Source: Sphaerodactylus townsendi (lineage: Eukaryota). From it: 64,000 nucleotides of DNA. The translations under genes and the position numbers were made by a program. The DNA lies in NCBI RefSeq assembly GCF_021028975.2, contig NC_059436.1, forward strand, positions 25,916,001-25,980,000. The letters run 5' to 3'. Positions 1-13,145 of the stretch are shown here, in pieces (the first letter of the stretch is position 1; the number at the start of each line of letters is the position of its first letter). The notes below the pieces were generated by a model. The model was not told the DNA's origin, did not search any database, and was given only the letters and a program-made list of their open reading frames with translations.

Positions 1-2373
1 CAGTCCATCTAGCTCAGTGTCCTGTTTCACTCAGAAGCCGGCCACTGCGCCAAAGGCCACGGTCTGCCCCGATGCTGCCCACTGGCACTGGATGGTCCTT
101 TGCGACCCCAGGGGCTTTGGACTGGGGGTTCCCAATCTGCTCAGGGCTGGCTGGCCGGCGGCCCCAAGGCCAAGGTCAATGGAGCCTCACTCAGCCCTGC
201 CTACATCTTGCATCTTGCCTCAAGGGCAGCAACATCAGTTCCTTTCAGGACCAAATGCAACTGCAGTATATTCAGACCAAACACAGCTGCAGTATATTCT
301 GAATACACTACAGCTACATTTGGGCCTGAAAGGAAGCTAGACATGCTTTATGCCATAGAGAGAGAAAAATCCTCTGTGAAATAAGGTTTTCCACAGTTGG
401 GTGTATAGGTGTTTTTTTTTAAGCAACAGATTTTGCGGGGAGAGTCCCAAAATAAATAGGCAATAAGGAATACTGTATGAATCGGTGTAACCTGTCAGAA
501 ATATATTTAATAGCACGTTCCCTCTTTGGATACTTCAATCTATCAATTGGAAACATAGATAGACAAGAAGACAGATATTTCCGCAAACCTGAGAAAAGCC
601 CCAGGATTGCAGAAAAGTCTGAAATATAAAAAAGAGAAACATCTTAAAGGATTGGAGGTTAACCCCCCTTTCCAGATAATAGAAGCAGCTCCTGTACCTG
701 TAAGCAATGGATGACCTCTGAGATTTCAGGGGCAATTTGGGGGATTGCTAGGCAACCATAACAATATTGCCAGTATTCAAACCTTGGTTTCTATCTGTAA
801 AAGGCAGGGGGAGTTTTTTCTAGCACTATTTGTTGTGCCCCCCCCCCCCAGTCTATTTCTGCTTCTCTCCTTCCTGCCAAAGGGCAAGGGCCAGCAGCAG
901 CAACCACTGGGCAACTTGCTACTGTTCAGTTTGTGCCACTCATTCAGGTGGCTGTGACTTGATGCCACCTGACTCACCTGTGTCCAATGGCTGCCCCCAA
1001 ACAACTTGGCCAGCAGTGATTGGCAGACAACTCCCCTGGGCCACTTGCCACCCTCCACACAAGTGTTGTCGCTCATAAGAGTGAACAAATGGAAGCAAAA
1101 TCCTGGAAAGACGGAAATAACACTGCGAAAGGTTGGGAAGGCAGAAGTCTGGAAGGACACTGCGCTCCCCACCTTCAGCTGGTCCCTGAAGATTCAGTTA
1201 ACAGCCTTGGAATTATATGGGCCCAGCACTATTGCTGGGGAAACAAATGAATGCAGTTGCAAAATAAGGGTTTCTCGCCTGCCCCCCACCCCACTCAGCC
1301 TAGCTTGAAAAATGGTCCCTCACTTTGATCTGGCCACCGTGCTATAATGGGACCATTGAGACGAGGACGCCGTCATGCACTTTACAAGTGACTCTCCTCC
1401 AAGGCACCTCAGAGGCTCCAGTTGGTGCACAAGGCTGCGGCTCGCCTGTTATCTGGGGCTGCCTGTTCTTCCTCTCCTGCTGCAGTCACTCCCCTGGCTG
1501 CCCACCAGACTCAGCTTGAAATACGGACTGTCCTGTACGTCAAGCCCCTCACAGCCTGGGAGCCTCCTCCCCGGCCACAAGTGCTCTGCCGCAAGCGCTT
1601 CTTCGCCCCTCTCTGTTAGGGCTTTCTGCAAGGGCCACTCTGAAAATGGGCAGAATCAGTCACTGCCCGACGTGCCCGTGCCTCTCCCGTCGTGGCCTCT
1701 GTGAACGAGGTCATGAAGCTTTCCGCAAACTGTGCAAAACTGAGCTATTCGAGAGGTCTTTTCCATGCTGGCAATAGGGCAGTGCTGTACAAAAGGATTC
1801 ACCAAGTTACTTGGGCAAATTGTGAGGCACGGTGGTCTATGCTGCTATCTATAGTTTGCTGTGCTGTGTAATTTTGCATAATTTACAACACACTTCTAAG
1901 GGGGGGGAGGGAGAATGGGCTCAGAGTGCCAACTGACCCACGTGCCGGTGGATCTTGGAGCGATGCAGGCGGAAGGGCCAGTCACTCCAGCACAGGTTCT
2001 CAGCCTGCTCCTGTGCCACTTGCGGGAGCTGCTGGTGCCGCAGAAGTGCTGGGTGCTGCTCCAGCGTGGGCCGTGCGTGGTTCTGGGGGTGTGGCTGGAG
2101 CCCCTGAGCCCTCTCGGCCTGGGAACACTGCCTGCAAATCCTCTTCCTCCCACCTCCTCCTGGGGTCCTTCAACAGCCACCCCTCTGCTCATCTGGCGTG
2201 CATGCCTCAGGGTGACAGGTGCCTGGCCAGCAGCAGACAGCTGCAGAGGTCAGTGCCACGACTCGTGGCTTCATCCCCCTTCTGGCCCTGGGTGGGTGCC
2301 ACAATGACACTGATGGGGACACGTGTGCAAAAAAAACCCCCTCCTTACGAGTGGAGTCCTGGGTGCAGACATG

Positions 2374-2727
2374 GGAAGAAGAAGAAGTAAGAGTAGTAGG
2401 AGTAGTAGGAGTAGTAGAAGAAAAAGACGAGAAGGAGGGGTTTGCATGACTCTGCCTTTCACTCCTGTTAGGAGCCTCAGAGTGACTTACAAACTCCTTC
2501 CCTTCCCCTCTCCACAACAGACGCCTTGTGAGGTAGGTGGGGCTGAGATAGTTCCTGAGAGAACAGGGACTGGCCCAAGGTCACCCAGCAGGCTTCATGT
2601 GTAGGAGTGAGGACACAAATCCAGGTCACCGGGTAAGAGTCCATTGCTCATGGAGAGGATGGGGAATCAAACCCAGTTCTCCAGACTAGATCCCACCACT
2701 CTTTACCACCACTCCAGACGTTACACC
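2374..2727 (-). mobile_element. Squam3-like tRNA-derived SINE
   Basis: Body gccttgtgaggtaggtggggctgag...ggcccaaggtcacccagcaggcttcatgtg...ggggaatcaaacccagttctccaga with a (GAA/GTA)n tail; homologous to 52605-52897. Confidence 0.75.
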
Positions 2728-3412
2728 AGAAGAAGTAGTAGAAGAAGAAGAGTTGGTTTTTATACCTCATTTTATACCTTTAAAGAGTTTCAGAGTGGCT
2801 GACTGTCCCCTCCCCCTCCCTGCAGCAGGTGCCTTGTGAGGTGGGTGGGGCTTGTTGGGAATAAGAGCTCCTCGCATTTGGAGATTATTCCTAATCGTAG
2901 TTAGCAGAGCGCGCGGGAGGCTTAGAGCGCAGCAGAAGCCCTTTCCTCGTGGGCATTTGTGGGATGGATCCCAATGTGCGGCAAGCTTACACAAAAGAAA
3001 GTCGGAGTCAGTTGTAGTTTCTAATGTAATAAAAAGAGTATTTATTAGTGAACTCCATTCTGGATAGAAAGGTAGGTAGATAGAGTCACTATGCTATCCT
3101 AATCTAGCTGGATGGGGATGGATGCACGGAGTGTCCATCCTTCCTCTGGCCATACTAGGAATAAGATGGAGAGATGTTGAGGAGGAAGCCGGGAGGAAGG
3201 AAGTCCCTGAGAGTATCAGTCTAACATCAAAGGGATAGAACCAACATGATAGAGTAAAGGTGTCAAATCCCTCGGTCTCTATCTAGCCACTAGCTCTCTA
3301 GTAAAACCCCCTCTGCAGGTTGAGGCAGGAAACAGCGTAAAGTCCTTCACTTCCAACAGGGCCAGGTGGAGGAATGGGAAATCAAACCCTGCTGCTCCTA
3401 ACCATTACACCC
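2728..3412 (-). mobile_element. Second Squam3-like SINE, split by a solo LTR (pieces 2728-2852 and 3359-3412)
   Basis: Tail gaagaagaagagttggtttttatac and body up to gtgggtggggct; resumes after the insert as gtggaggaatgggaaatcaaaccc...ctcctaaccattacacc. Confidence 0.65.
2853..3358 (-). mobile_element. Solo LTR (506 bp), ERV or Gypsy type
   Basis: Termini TGTTGG...CCAACA; flanks gggct / gggcc (4/5 match); AATAAA on the minus strand near 3040; interrupts a SINE. Confidence 0.7.
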
Positions 3413-3583
3413 CACTGTTGGGGTGGGGTGGGGGAGTGGCACGAGGCTGGTGGTTCTGTGGGTCAGGGCTGGTGGTTCATCCCTCCCCAAGGGGGCTGAA
3501 GGCGCAGAACCCCGAAAGGCACCCTCTGCAGCAGGTGCCCATCTCCCCTGGCGCTCAAGGGCAGAAGGCAGCTTAGGATGCTC

Positions 3584-3586
<3 letters not shown>

Positions 3587-3625
<39 letters not shown>
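3587..3625. repeat. (TG)n microsatellite
   Basis: Direct observation. Confidence 0.95.
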
Positions 3626-3626
<1 letters not shown>

Positions 3627-4254
3627 GGGGAGAGATGCAAGGCACCTCACATCCACATGCAAGGGGTCAGGGACTTTGGGGGGCCCATCAAGGGAGTGGG
3701 GGTGCCACTGGCAACAAGGCAGACTCCCGGGACACTTCCCTTCCTGGCCCCTGAGCTCTCACTGGCTCTTGGCTTGGCCCGTGGGCCCTGCAGCTCCTGA
3801 CTGGTTCTGTCCACCAGAGCCCTCCACCTCCCCACAACACCTCCATGGGATATGGCCAGCGTGGTTGCTGGGGACACAGACGCGGTTGCACACGAAGGAA
3901 GTCAAGCAGTTCCCACTATTTCTCTGTCACCCTCGCCCACCAAATCACTAAGCCCCACAGAGACTGGACTCGCACCAGCATAGTTATGGGGCAGGACGGC
4001 TGTGCTCAGGTGTCGTGTGAACACTCATGCTTTCCTTCAGTTCTGTTGTTCAGATTTTGGGTTGGTTCAGCAACCCAGATCCTATTCTATTATTTATTGA
4101 ATGCTGTATTGACTCACTCTGTCATCCACCTTGAGTCCCAGTGAGAAAGGCAGTCTACAAATAAACAAATAAAAGCCAAGAATCATTGAGATCCAGTGAC
4201 TAAAATGCCAGATCGCAAAGGCTTGGGAGACCCAAAGTCCCCGTCTGAGGTGGC

Positions 4255-4400
4255 AGCTTGCTTGGTGACCTTGACATTTTCACAGCCGAACCTACCTCAT
4301 AGGGTTGTTGGGAGGAAAAAATGGAGGAGAGGCAAATGACATGAGCGGCTTCCGGTCCCCGAGGAGAAGGTGAACTATAAATGGAATAAATAATGAATGA
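4255..4400 (+). mobile_element. Degenerate MIR/Squam3-like SINE 3' part; similar copies at ~11295-11480 (+), ~32950-33170 (-), ~40000-40240 (+), ~45760-45940 (-)
   Basis: Shared motifs ggtgaccttg...acctacctcatagggttgttg...aaaatggaggagag and an AT-rich tail. Confidence 0.55.
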
Positions 4401-7180
4401 AGCTGAAGACTGGGAGACAGTTCAAAGGCAGGCTAGTCGATGTGTGGGAAAGAGAGAAGGAAGCAAGGAAATGGGGGAGGAGGTGGGGGGTGGGGGCTGC
4501 AGCCTGCCGGGAGAGAAAGAGGACATAAGGTGGTGATGGGAAGACTGGGGGAAAGGAAGGGATTGCCCCGCCTCCGCCACAAGCCCTTGTAAGCTCCAGC
4601 TTGTCAATATATCTGTATCAATATATCAACATGGCCAGATCTGTGGCTACGTAAGTCCAGAGACTGGAGCAGATGAGACAAATATTTCCCCAAATCAGAA
4701 AAACAGGAGACTAAGAAGATGGGACAGTGGAGGATGTGAGAGTCGGCATGAGAACCAAAGGAGGAAACGATTCCAATAGAAAGTGAAACAGCATCTAGTT
4801 AAGAGAGATATTGCAGATATTGTGTGTGGAAAAACTTGATTGAACGTTACTCAAAATGGTTACCAAAAATGGGCTGGCTCCCCCTGTGAATGATGGGAGT
4901 GACCTAGTGGATGGTATAAGCCCCTGCCTCCCCCTTTCAGCATTTTGTCCAATAACAGAAAGAGAAAAACCAGAGACAAAAGTTTTAATCCTCCCTCTTG
5001 AGACAGCCAGTGTAATCACTGTGCGCAAAACTAATAGAGCGACCACAATCCTGATTAAATGATGACCTTTTATTCTGGATCTGGATCTGGTTGGTTCCCA
5101 CCCTGTCATGCTCAATTATTTCCTGCATTGCAACAGCCAGCCTTTGAGCCACCACACCTGTCCAACAGGGGTGGGGTGGGGGGAGGTCCTGGAAAAAAAG
5201 AGGGGCAGCTGGAATTAGATGTCTCTAGGAAAGCAACATGCATGGAGCACAATACAACAAAAACACAACTAGATTTCTGGAAAGGAAAATACAAAATGTC
5301 CCCTACTCTCCACAAGCACCCTTGGGCTCCAAAACTGTTTTCTTCCTGAATGCAAACCGATTAGAATTACTTCCCCAAATGTAAACCTTGTTTTCCTTTT
5401 ATTTTAAAGGGAAATAGAATATGATAAAGAGACAGTAACTTGAGCTACTCACCCCTAGTGAGCACCCAACTGGCCTTCTCTGTGTCTCACAAGAATGTGT
5501 GCATTTGGCTGGCCCTCGATGGAGGTAGGGGGAAAGTGTGCGTGCCATAGAACCAGGCAGCACTAGATCTCAGGTGGGTTTCCAAAAGTCACCTTGCGCA
5601 TACCTGGTCATGTAAAGTTTATTTATTTAGGCTGCAAAAGCCTGCCGATGGTTCATGATTGGCTTACCTCTTTTCGAAATGAAAGCTCTTATTACATCCT
5701 GCTACCCCCCGCCCCGCCCCCGGCCATCAAAGGAAGGAAGTCCAGAATCTCCCTCTAGTCTAGCAGCTTCACGCCAGGGGAGCTCCGGGCTGTGCAAAGG
5801 GTTGGTATTCAGCGACCAGCCACTAGAGGGCACACCAGACCAAGGCTTGCTCTGGGTTTCCTCGGCCGCCGGAGCTCGCCTTTGGGGGGCCATGGCCAGC
5901 AACCTGGGGGTCGCTGACTCCGAGGATAAGCCGATAAAAGGCTGACGAATGACGACAGCTCCATATGCAAGACGGAAAAGAGGGAACATTTATCGAGGAG
6001 TACATGCCTCCCCCTGTATCAGTTTGGATTGCAGTGGCTTCTGTTCTCCATTCAGTGTAGTGAAGAACAGATCCATGCCAGACGTATGAGGTGATGCTGG
6101 TGTATTGTCTCAGGAGAAAATCTGTGCAGCGTGAAAGAGCCAACAGCACAGAGAGATCTGCCCTCGGCGGCTGCATAGATCAGCCACAAACAGCGATTCC
6201 CTAATTTATCCTGCTCATATGAACAGACTTCTCAGGAAGTTCTTTAAAAGGGTGCATGTTGACAAGTGCTGGATTAGGAATTGAAAATTAACTCTGCAAA
6301 CCAGGCCAATCAGAATTTGTTGGGAAAGTGTGCTTTGTATAGTCACAGGAGCATTCATCAAATTATGTGAATATTCTGCTGTGAGTGACTTGTGTATTTG
6401 TAACATCTTGCCTGTTCATCCTACAAATATCCAAGAAAATTCCAAGTTGATAACTTAATTTTTTTAAATGATGTTTGCTTGATAGAAGCTGAGTGCTCCC
6501 TCCCCTTCTTTAGCACCTATTAGCCCTGCCCTTGGGCCAAGGAGCTCAGAGTGGTGTCCATCTGGAACCTCCCCCCCCCATGTTATCCTCACAGTCACCT
6601 TAGAAAGAATGGTCCTCCAATAGGCTTCCTTGGCAGAGTGGGGATCACCTCTCTCATTGGCTTACATTCTGAGCATTGTTACAGTCTCACCTATAGGGTG
6701 CATTCACCAAGGGCCTGTGCATGGAGGCATCTATTCAAAACAGACCCTTTTTGAACCTCAGTTTTGGGGCCTGGTGGAATCTGGAGCAAGTGAATGCATT
6801 TGGCAGCTGTTTAGACAAGACCTGCACTGTCTGCCCCACAGCCAATTAACTGCAAAGCCACGGGTGAAGGCAGCTGAGCTGACAAACTGTAGAGTTTCAT
6901 ATCTATAAGTTGACCAAACAAGGCAAATTTTTAGTTTATTGGAACTGAGGTGGTGTTTTCGTTCTTTGCCTTGCAGAACCTTTTGCATCTGCACAGGTGG
7001 CAAGATGGATTCCAGACAGGATCCAGGACAATACAGTCGGGTCATTCAATGATGCGAGGGGTGGGTGTGTGAGAGAGAGAGAGAGAGGGGGGGATCTCCT
7101 CCTATAAGGCTATGCAAAAAAGTGCACACCTGAATAACATTGTGAGATTTTTAAAAAAAGTTTTCTGATAATCACTAGTG

Positions 7181-7584
7181 CAGTGATGGCGAACCTTTTC
7201 GAGACCGAGTGCCCAAACTGCAACCCAAAACCCACTTTTTTTATTGCAAAGTGCCAACACGGCAATTTAACCTGAATACTGAGGTTTTAGTTTAGTTGGC
7301 TCTGAAGCACGTGTTACTCAGGAGTAAGCTTAGTGAAGCAACCGTGCAATGCTTCAATTGGGTGAATCACGATCCTAGGAGGGTTTACTCAGAAGCAAGC
7401 CCCATTGCCAGCAACCGAGCTTACTCCCAGGTAAAAGATCATGCCCAGGTCATCCTAAATGTGTGCGTGCGTGTGGGAGGGTGATTTTCCACCCCCCTCC
7501 CACATGATGAACTCTGTGCGCGAGTGCCCAGAGAGAACTCTGAGTGCCACCTGTGGCACCCGTGCCACAGGTTCGCCATCACTG
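7181..7584. mobile_element. Non-autonomous hAT (Charlie-like) DNA transposon
   Basis: TIRs CAGTGATGGCGAACCT / AGGTTCGCCATCACTG; 8-bp TSD cactagtg / ccctagtg. Confidence 0.88.
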
Positions 7585-8062
7585 CCCTAGTGCATTGATT
7601 TTCTCACTGCTTATTTATATTACTGGTTGCTGAAGGGGTGTGTGTGTGTGTGTGTGAAAGGAGGCAGCCATCCAGTTTTGAAAGAATGCCCAGGCACACA
7701 CAGCACCGCCAACGGCTCTGAACTGCACAGCACAAATCTCTGAAAAGTAACCTGAAGAAGACGCTTAAACTCTTCAAAAACAGCAAACTGACTGATGGAC
7801 AATCCGCTCCCTGTTCATGACCAGAAAACTGACAGGAAATGGAACTAGTAGACATCCAAGCCCCCCTAAGGGCAACTTCCCCCTTGGATGGAGCAGCCTG
7901 GGAAGGCACCAGTAAGTACCACGGAATGAAACGGTCGTCCACTGCAGTGAGGATGGTGGGCACCACTTGCTTTTGCTGGCCTGTCTCACCTTGTGGTACT
8001 CTCAGAGCTGTTCATCATATACTTTGGTGTGACTTGTTTGCTGTGTTCCTTCTTCCCTAATT

Positions 8063-8165
8063 GTGTCCTATGAAGGGAGCTCAGACTCTCAAAAGCTCGT
8101 ATGCCAGAAATCTTGCTGGTGTTGGAGGTGCTGTGGGATTCCAGCCAAAGGGTCTACTGCAGACC
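8063..8165 (+). mobile_element. Penelope/Neptune-like terminal fragment; related copy at ~16515-16600
   Basis: Shared motif gactct..aaagct..t..c.agaaatcttg..ggt.tt..aggtgct in both copies, recalled as a reptile Neptune-like end. Confidence 0.45.
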
Positions 8166-8296
8166 CACTCAGCTGTCCTCTGAAACTCCTCTCATCCTCT
8201 CGCCTTAGTCCCTCTGGATTGCTGATCTGTTTTACACCCTGTAATTTGCCATGAATCTCAGGAAGAAACATTCTTCCTTCTTAGAAGGAATATGCT

Positions 8297-8593
8297 TGGT
8301 TTGGAATATGCTGCCACAGGAGGTGGTGGTGGCCACTAACCTGGATAGCTTTAAAAAGGGTTTGGACAGATTTATGGAGGAGAAGTCGATCTCTGGCTAC
8401 CAATCTTGATCCTCCTTGATCTGAGATTGCAAATGCCTGAGCAGACCAGGTGCTCGGGAGCAGCAGCAGCAGAAGGCCATTGCTTTCACACCCTGCACGT
8501 GAACTCCCAAAGGTATCTGGTGGGCCACTGCGAGTAGCAGAGTGCTGGACTAGATGGACTCTGGTCTGACCCAGCTGGCTTGTTCTTATGTTC
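8297..8593 (+). mobile_element. CR1 LINE 3' fragment (young family)
   Basis: LPQEVVVATNLDSFKKGLDRFMEEKS terminus plus 3'UTR ending TTCTTATGTTCT; near-identical to other copies in the window. Confidence 0.92.
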
Positions 8594-9714
8594 TAAAGAC
8601 AGACTGTGAATAAAATCATGAATGAACAAATAAAATGTGGGGATTTGTCAAGCCTTTTGTACTTGAGGAGGGGCAGCTGTAAACATCTTCTGGTTTCTTA
8701 AATGGCTCCTGTCTCTACCCACCAGAACAGGGGTACAGGTGAAGTAAAGGGGGGGGGGTGCTTGTTGCTTTTTGCTGAAAACTAAGACAGGTGGGCCTGC
8801 AGCACCTCAGGAGAGCAAATGGGCCATGCTGTAAACGCGACAGGAAGGGAAGCAGAGCCAGCACAGCTTGGCCTCTCTTGCCTCCTTCCTTCCCTATTCT
8901 GGCTACTCCCGAAAGGAACTCACCAGCCAGCCTTGTGGGAAGAACGCTCAACACTCAGGGCAGGAATATCACGAAAAGCAGGTGAGGGGCAGGGGGCGGG
9001 GCAGCCCAGAGGCTCCAGCAAAGCCATTTCCATCTTCTTCTTCTTCTGCAAATTAAATGCAGCGTTTTGTTTTTGCTGGAAGAAAATCATTAATTCTTGG
9101 CCCTGCTGAGGAGACACCATCTGCCCCTAACCTCCTGCCTCTGTGGCTGGGATTGCAGACCTCTGGGGAAGAGGATTACATCTGGATAATCATCCTGTGT
9201 GGAGCTGCAGCACCTTCCCACCCAGGTCCCCCAAGTGCTCTGCCAGCCCCAGCTTCTTCCATGGCGGCACGGCAGGGCCCCGAATCTGGCTGCAGGGCGC
9301 TCGGATGTGGCTTTTCCTGTGCAGGTGCACCAAGCAGCTACACGTGGGTTGCCTTTCCAGAGGGGTTCAACTCACCCGAGGGTTTGCTACCGCTGTCGCC
9401 AACAGGAAACTTTTTGGAGAAAGGAGAAGGAATGGGAGGGGAGCCGGCTGGGCAGCTTTCAGAACTGAACCACTCAGTTGGGATGGAAACTTCTGCTAAG
9501 TTTTACAAAAGGAGCTTCCTGCCAGGGCGGGGGTTTGAACTGGGATCTCCCAGATCTTGGTCTGACTCCCGAATGACTACTTTGCCCTTTCCTCAAAGTG
9601 CTCAAAGCTGTATCCTCCCCCCCCGCCATTTCTTCTAAGCCTCCGCTGAAGCCACGGGCTACCGATGTCTGCATCTGTTCCAAAAGACCAGCAAAATCCA
9701 TGAAATCAATGGAA

Positions 9715-11150
9715 TTTATTTTATATTTTATTAAGATTTTACACCTCCCCTTTTGGGCCAGGCCAGTTTCCAGTAAGACAACACATATGCAAGTATATAA
9801 GTACAATAAAACTATAATTACTCACTGTAAATTAAATATTAAAACTCTGCACATTTACCTAAAACAAGATGGCGAAAACATCCAACTTCCTGAGTCCAGA
9901 TAAATCTTTAAAAGGAACGGAGGGATAAAAGAAAAGCCCTCACTTAATACAGGGAGTGGCCGGGGGGGGGGGGGGGGGGGGGCCAGTGATGGCAACTGTT
10001 GCTGCCTCACCCCTACGCCTGGTGGAACCCCCCCGTCTTACAGATCCTGCGGAACTACGATAATTCTTGGCCTCACTAGACGGGGCGTTCCACCAGGCTG
10101 GAGCCAGGACTGAGAAAGCCCTGGTCCTGGTCAAGGCCCGTCAGACTTCCCTTGAGCCAGGAATCACAAGGTCATTTTCACTCACTGCATGGACTGTCCG
10201 GCGGGAGAAGTAGCAGGAGAGACAGTCCTGCAGGTATGTTGTCCGCAGGTTGCTTGGGGCTTTGTATGTCAGTACCAAAACTTTGAACCTGATCTGGTGT
10301 TTCACCTGGATCCGGTGCAGCTGGCACAGCACAGGTTGACTATGTGATTGCCACAAGGCTCTGGCCAGGACCCCCACTGCTGCATTCTCGACTAGCTGAA
10401 CTTTCTGGAGGCGGCCCAAGGACAGCCCTGCACAGAGCGAACTGCAACAATCCATCCTTGAAGCTATTGTTGCCTGGACCGCTGTGGCCAGACCAGCTTG
10501 GGGCAGGTGGGGAGCCAGCTGTTGTGCCTAAGAAGATAAAATGTCACATGTGTCACCTGGACCTCCATTGATAAGGACGTGTCCAGGGGAATGCCCAGGC
10601 TCTTCACGGACAATGCAGCCACCAGGCTGACATCTTCCTGCCTGTCCCTTTCGGCTCAACCACAGGGCCTCACCTGGGTCTCTGCTGGACTTAACTTCAG
10701 CCAGCTCTCTTTCATCCATCGCACCACTGCCCCCTGGGGCTGCATCTGGATACCATCAGATACATCCCCCCTCAGATACAACTGGGTGTTGTGAGCGTAC
10801 TGACAACTCAGTCCAACCCTTTGCATCAGCTGGCAAGAGGGCACATATAGATACTAAATAATAATGGTGAGAGAATTGCCCCTTGCTGGACACCATGCAC
10901 CAGTTCGTGACGGGTGGTGGTTCTCTCACCAATTGCCACCCTCTGTCCTTGGTGTTGGAGGAATAAGTGAAGCCACTGTAGGGCTGGCCACACTGTCGAG
11001 GCAGTTGGTCAGAATGTCACGGTTGACCCAGTCAAACAAAATCAAGGAGGATCAATAATGAAGGTCCCACTTGGTCCAGCTGTAGACAGAGAGCATTCAA
11101 CAGAGTATCTAGAGCAGCCTCTGTCTTAGGCTGGCAAGGTCAAGATGGCA
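9715..11150 (-). mobile_element. Degraded L2 LINE (RT and C-terminal region plus tail)
   Basis: Minus-strand peptides QYAHNTQLYL (YADDTQL), WMKESWLKLSPAET, DCCSSLCAGLSLGRLQKVQLVENAA, IRFKVLVLTYKA, RAFSVLAPAWWN. Confidence 0.85.
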
Positions 11151-11909
11151 CACACAATTTAGAGAGGAGTGGAGTTGGACTGTCACCAGTCATGGCAAAG
11201 GGGAGAAGCAACGCTGACCGCCCCCAGGTCATCTCAAAGATCTGACCACCCCCTTCCACAGAATGGAAGGGCAGCCTCGGCGGTGGGGGGGGGGGGTTTG
11301 GAGTGTCAGAGTAGGGCCGGGGAGACCTGGGTTCAGATACCTACTCCAGGTGACTTTGGGCCAAACTGCATCTCCCCGTCTAACCTAAACTCACAGGATT
11401 GTGGTGATGACAAAAAGGGGAAGGAAGAATCACACACACTCCCCTGAGCCCTTTGGATAAGGTGTGGGAGACAAATGTGCTGAACTGACAGAGAATGCCA
11501 CAACCCCCCGCCCCCCTGAGGAATCTTCCATTGGCCACCTATTGTGCAGGTGGGGCCTCCCTCCAGCCTCCAGCAAGTCCCTGGCTGAGCACCCCGCAAA
11601 ACTCACCATTCAGTGAAGGCAAACAGATGCCAGACCCTTCTGATAAACAATCTGGCATGGAGACACCGTAGGCCGAATCCAACTATTGGTCCACCAAGGA
11701 CAGCTGACCACTCAGATTGGCAGTGGCTCCCCAGGGGCGGAGAGTTCTCACATCACCTGCTATCCAGTACTTTTAATGAGATGCCAGGGATTGAGTCTGG
11801 GATTGAGCCAAGCAGAAGCTGCACCCCTGAGCCACAGCATCTAAATAGGAGTAGCCTAGAAATATTTCATCAGCAAAGAACAAAACCCAGGCAACCATCA
11901 GCAGAACCT

Positions 11910-12320
11910 TAAGAACATAAGAAGGAGCCTGCTGGATCAGACCTCAGTCCATCTAGTCCAGCACTCTGCTACTTGCAGTGGCCCACCAGGTGCCTTTGGG
12001 AGGTCACATGCAGGATGTGAAAGCAATGGCCTTCTGCTGCTGCTGCTCCCGAGCACCTGGTCTGCTAAGGCATTTGCAATCTGAGATCAAGGAGGATCAA
12101 GATTGGTAGCCAGAGATCGACTTCTCCTTCATAGATCTGCCCAAGCCCTTTTTAAAGTTACCCAGGTTAGTAGCCATCACCACCTCCTGTGGCAGCATAT
12201 TCCAAACACCAATCTTGCGTTGCGTGAAGAAGTGTTTCCTTTTATTAGTCCTAATTCTTTCCCCCAGCATTTTCAATGGATGCTCCCTGGTTCTAGTATT
12301 GTGAGAAAGAGAGAAAAATC
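11910..12320 (-). mobile_element. CR1 LINE 3' fragment
   Basis: (TAAGAACA)n terminus; co-linear with 48201-48610. Confidence 0.92.
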
Positions 12321-12499
12321 TTCTTCCTTAGGGAGTCCCTTCAAGGGGTTAACAGAGCTCAAAATACTTTGAATAAAGTGGTTCATTGGATCCAATGATA
12401 GCACAGAGAAACCACCGAGTTCTGCCTGACACCACATCAGTTTCCTGTCAGTGATACTTTAGCCAACTTCCAGCTCCTTTCCTTTTCCCCATTCCTTTT

Positions 12500-13145
12500 A
12501 ATAATATTTTTATTTTCTCAACATAAAAAACCTATACCACTGTACACTCCCACATCAACCATGACATTAATACAAAATAAAAACAAAAAATACAAGAACA
12601 CAAGAAAAATTAAAACATCAGTTTTACAATAACAGAACACAACCTTTCCTCTTCCTCTTCTTCTTCTTCTTGGGTGAGTGTTTCAGCCTCTTCCCATGCA
12701 AATACCATAAAACCATATAACTTCCCGCTATCTTATTGTTGAATTCTAATCCATTTTAGGTTCATGGATATATTTAAAATGAAACAATTTAACAGTTACA
12801 CACTATATCAGGGGTCTGCAACCTAAGGCTCTCCACATGTTCAGGGACTACAATTGGCCATGGTGGCAGGGGCTGATGGGAATTGTAGTCCATGAGCATC
12901 TGGAGAGCCACAGGTTGCAGACCCCTGCACTATATCATTACTAATATTCTAATTAATTCTGCTGTTTCTTTCAGATCTCAAATCCTCCAATAATTTCTCT
13001 TCCACCATATTTTTTAATCTGTAAAAGGTTTCCAGTTTTCTGCAAACTTTTCTGTATTACTGTATCTTAATAAAGTTGTTAATTTTGCTATTTCTGAGTA
13101 TTCTGTGACTTTCAATATCCAATATTCCTGTGTTGGTATGTTATT
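12500..13145 (-). mobile_element. L1/Tx1-like LINE 3' end, interrupted by a MITE
   Basis: Minus-strand peptide KVTEYSEIAKLTTLLRYSNTEKFAENWKPF resembles the squamate L1 ORF2 C-terminus; AT-rich 3'UTR. Confidence 0.6.
12809..12927. mobile_element. Palindromic hAT MITE
   Basis: TIR CAGGGGTCTGCAACCT; perfect 8-bp TSD cactatat. Confidence 0.92.
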
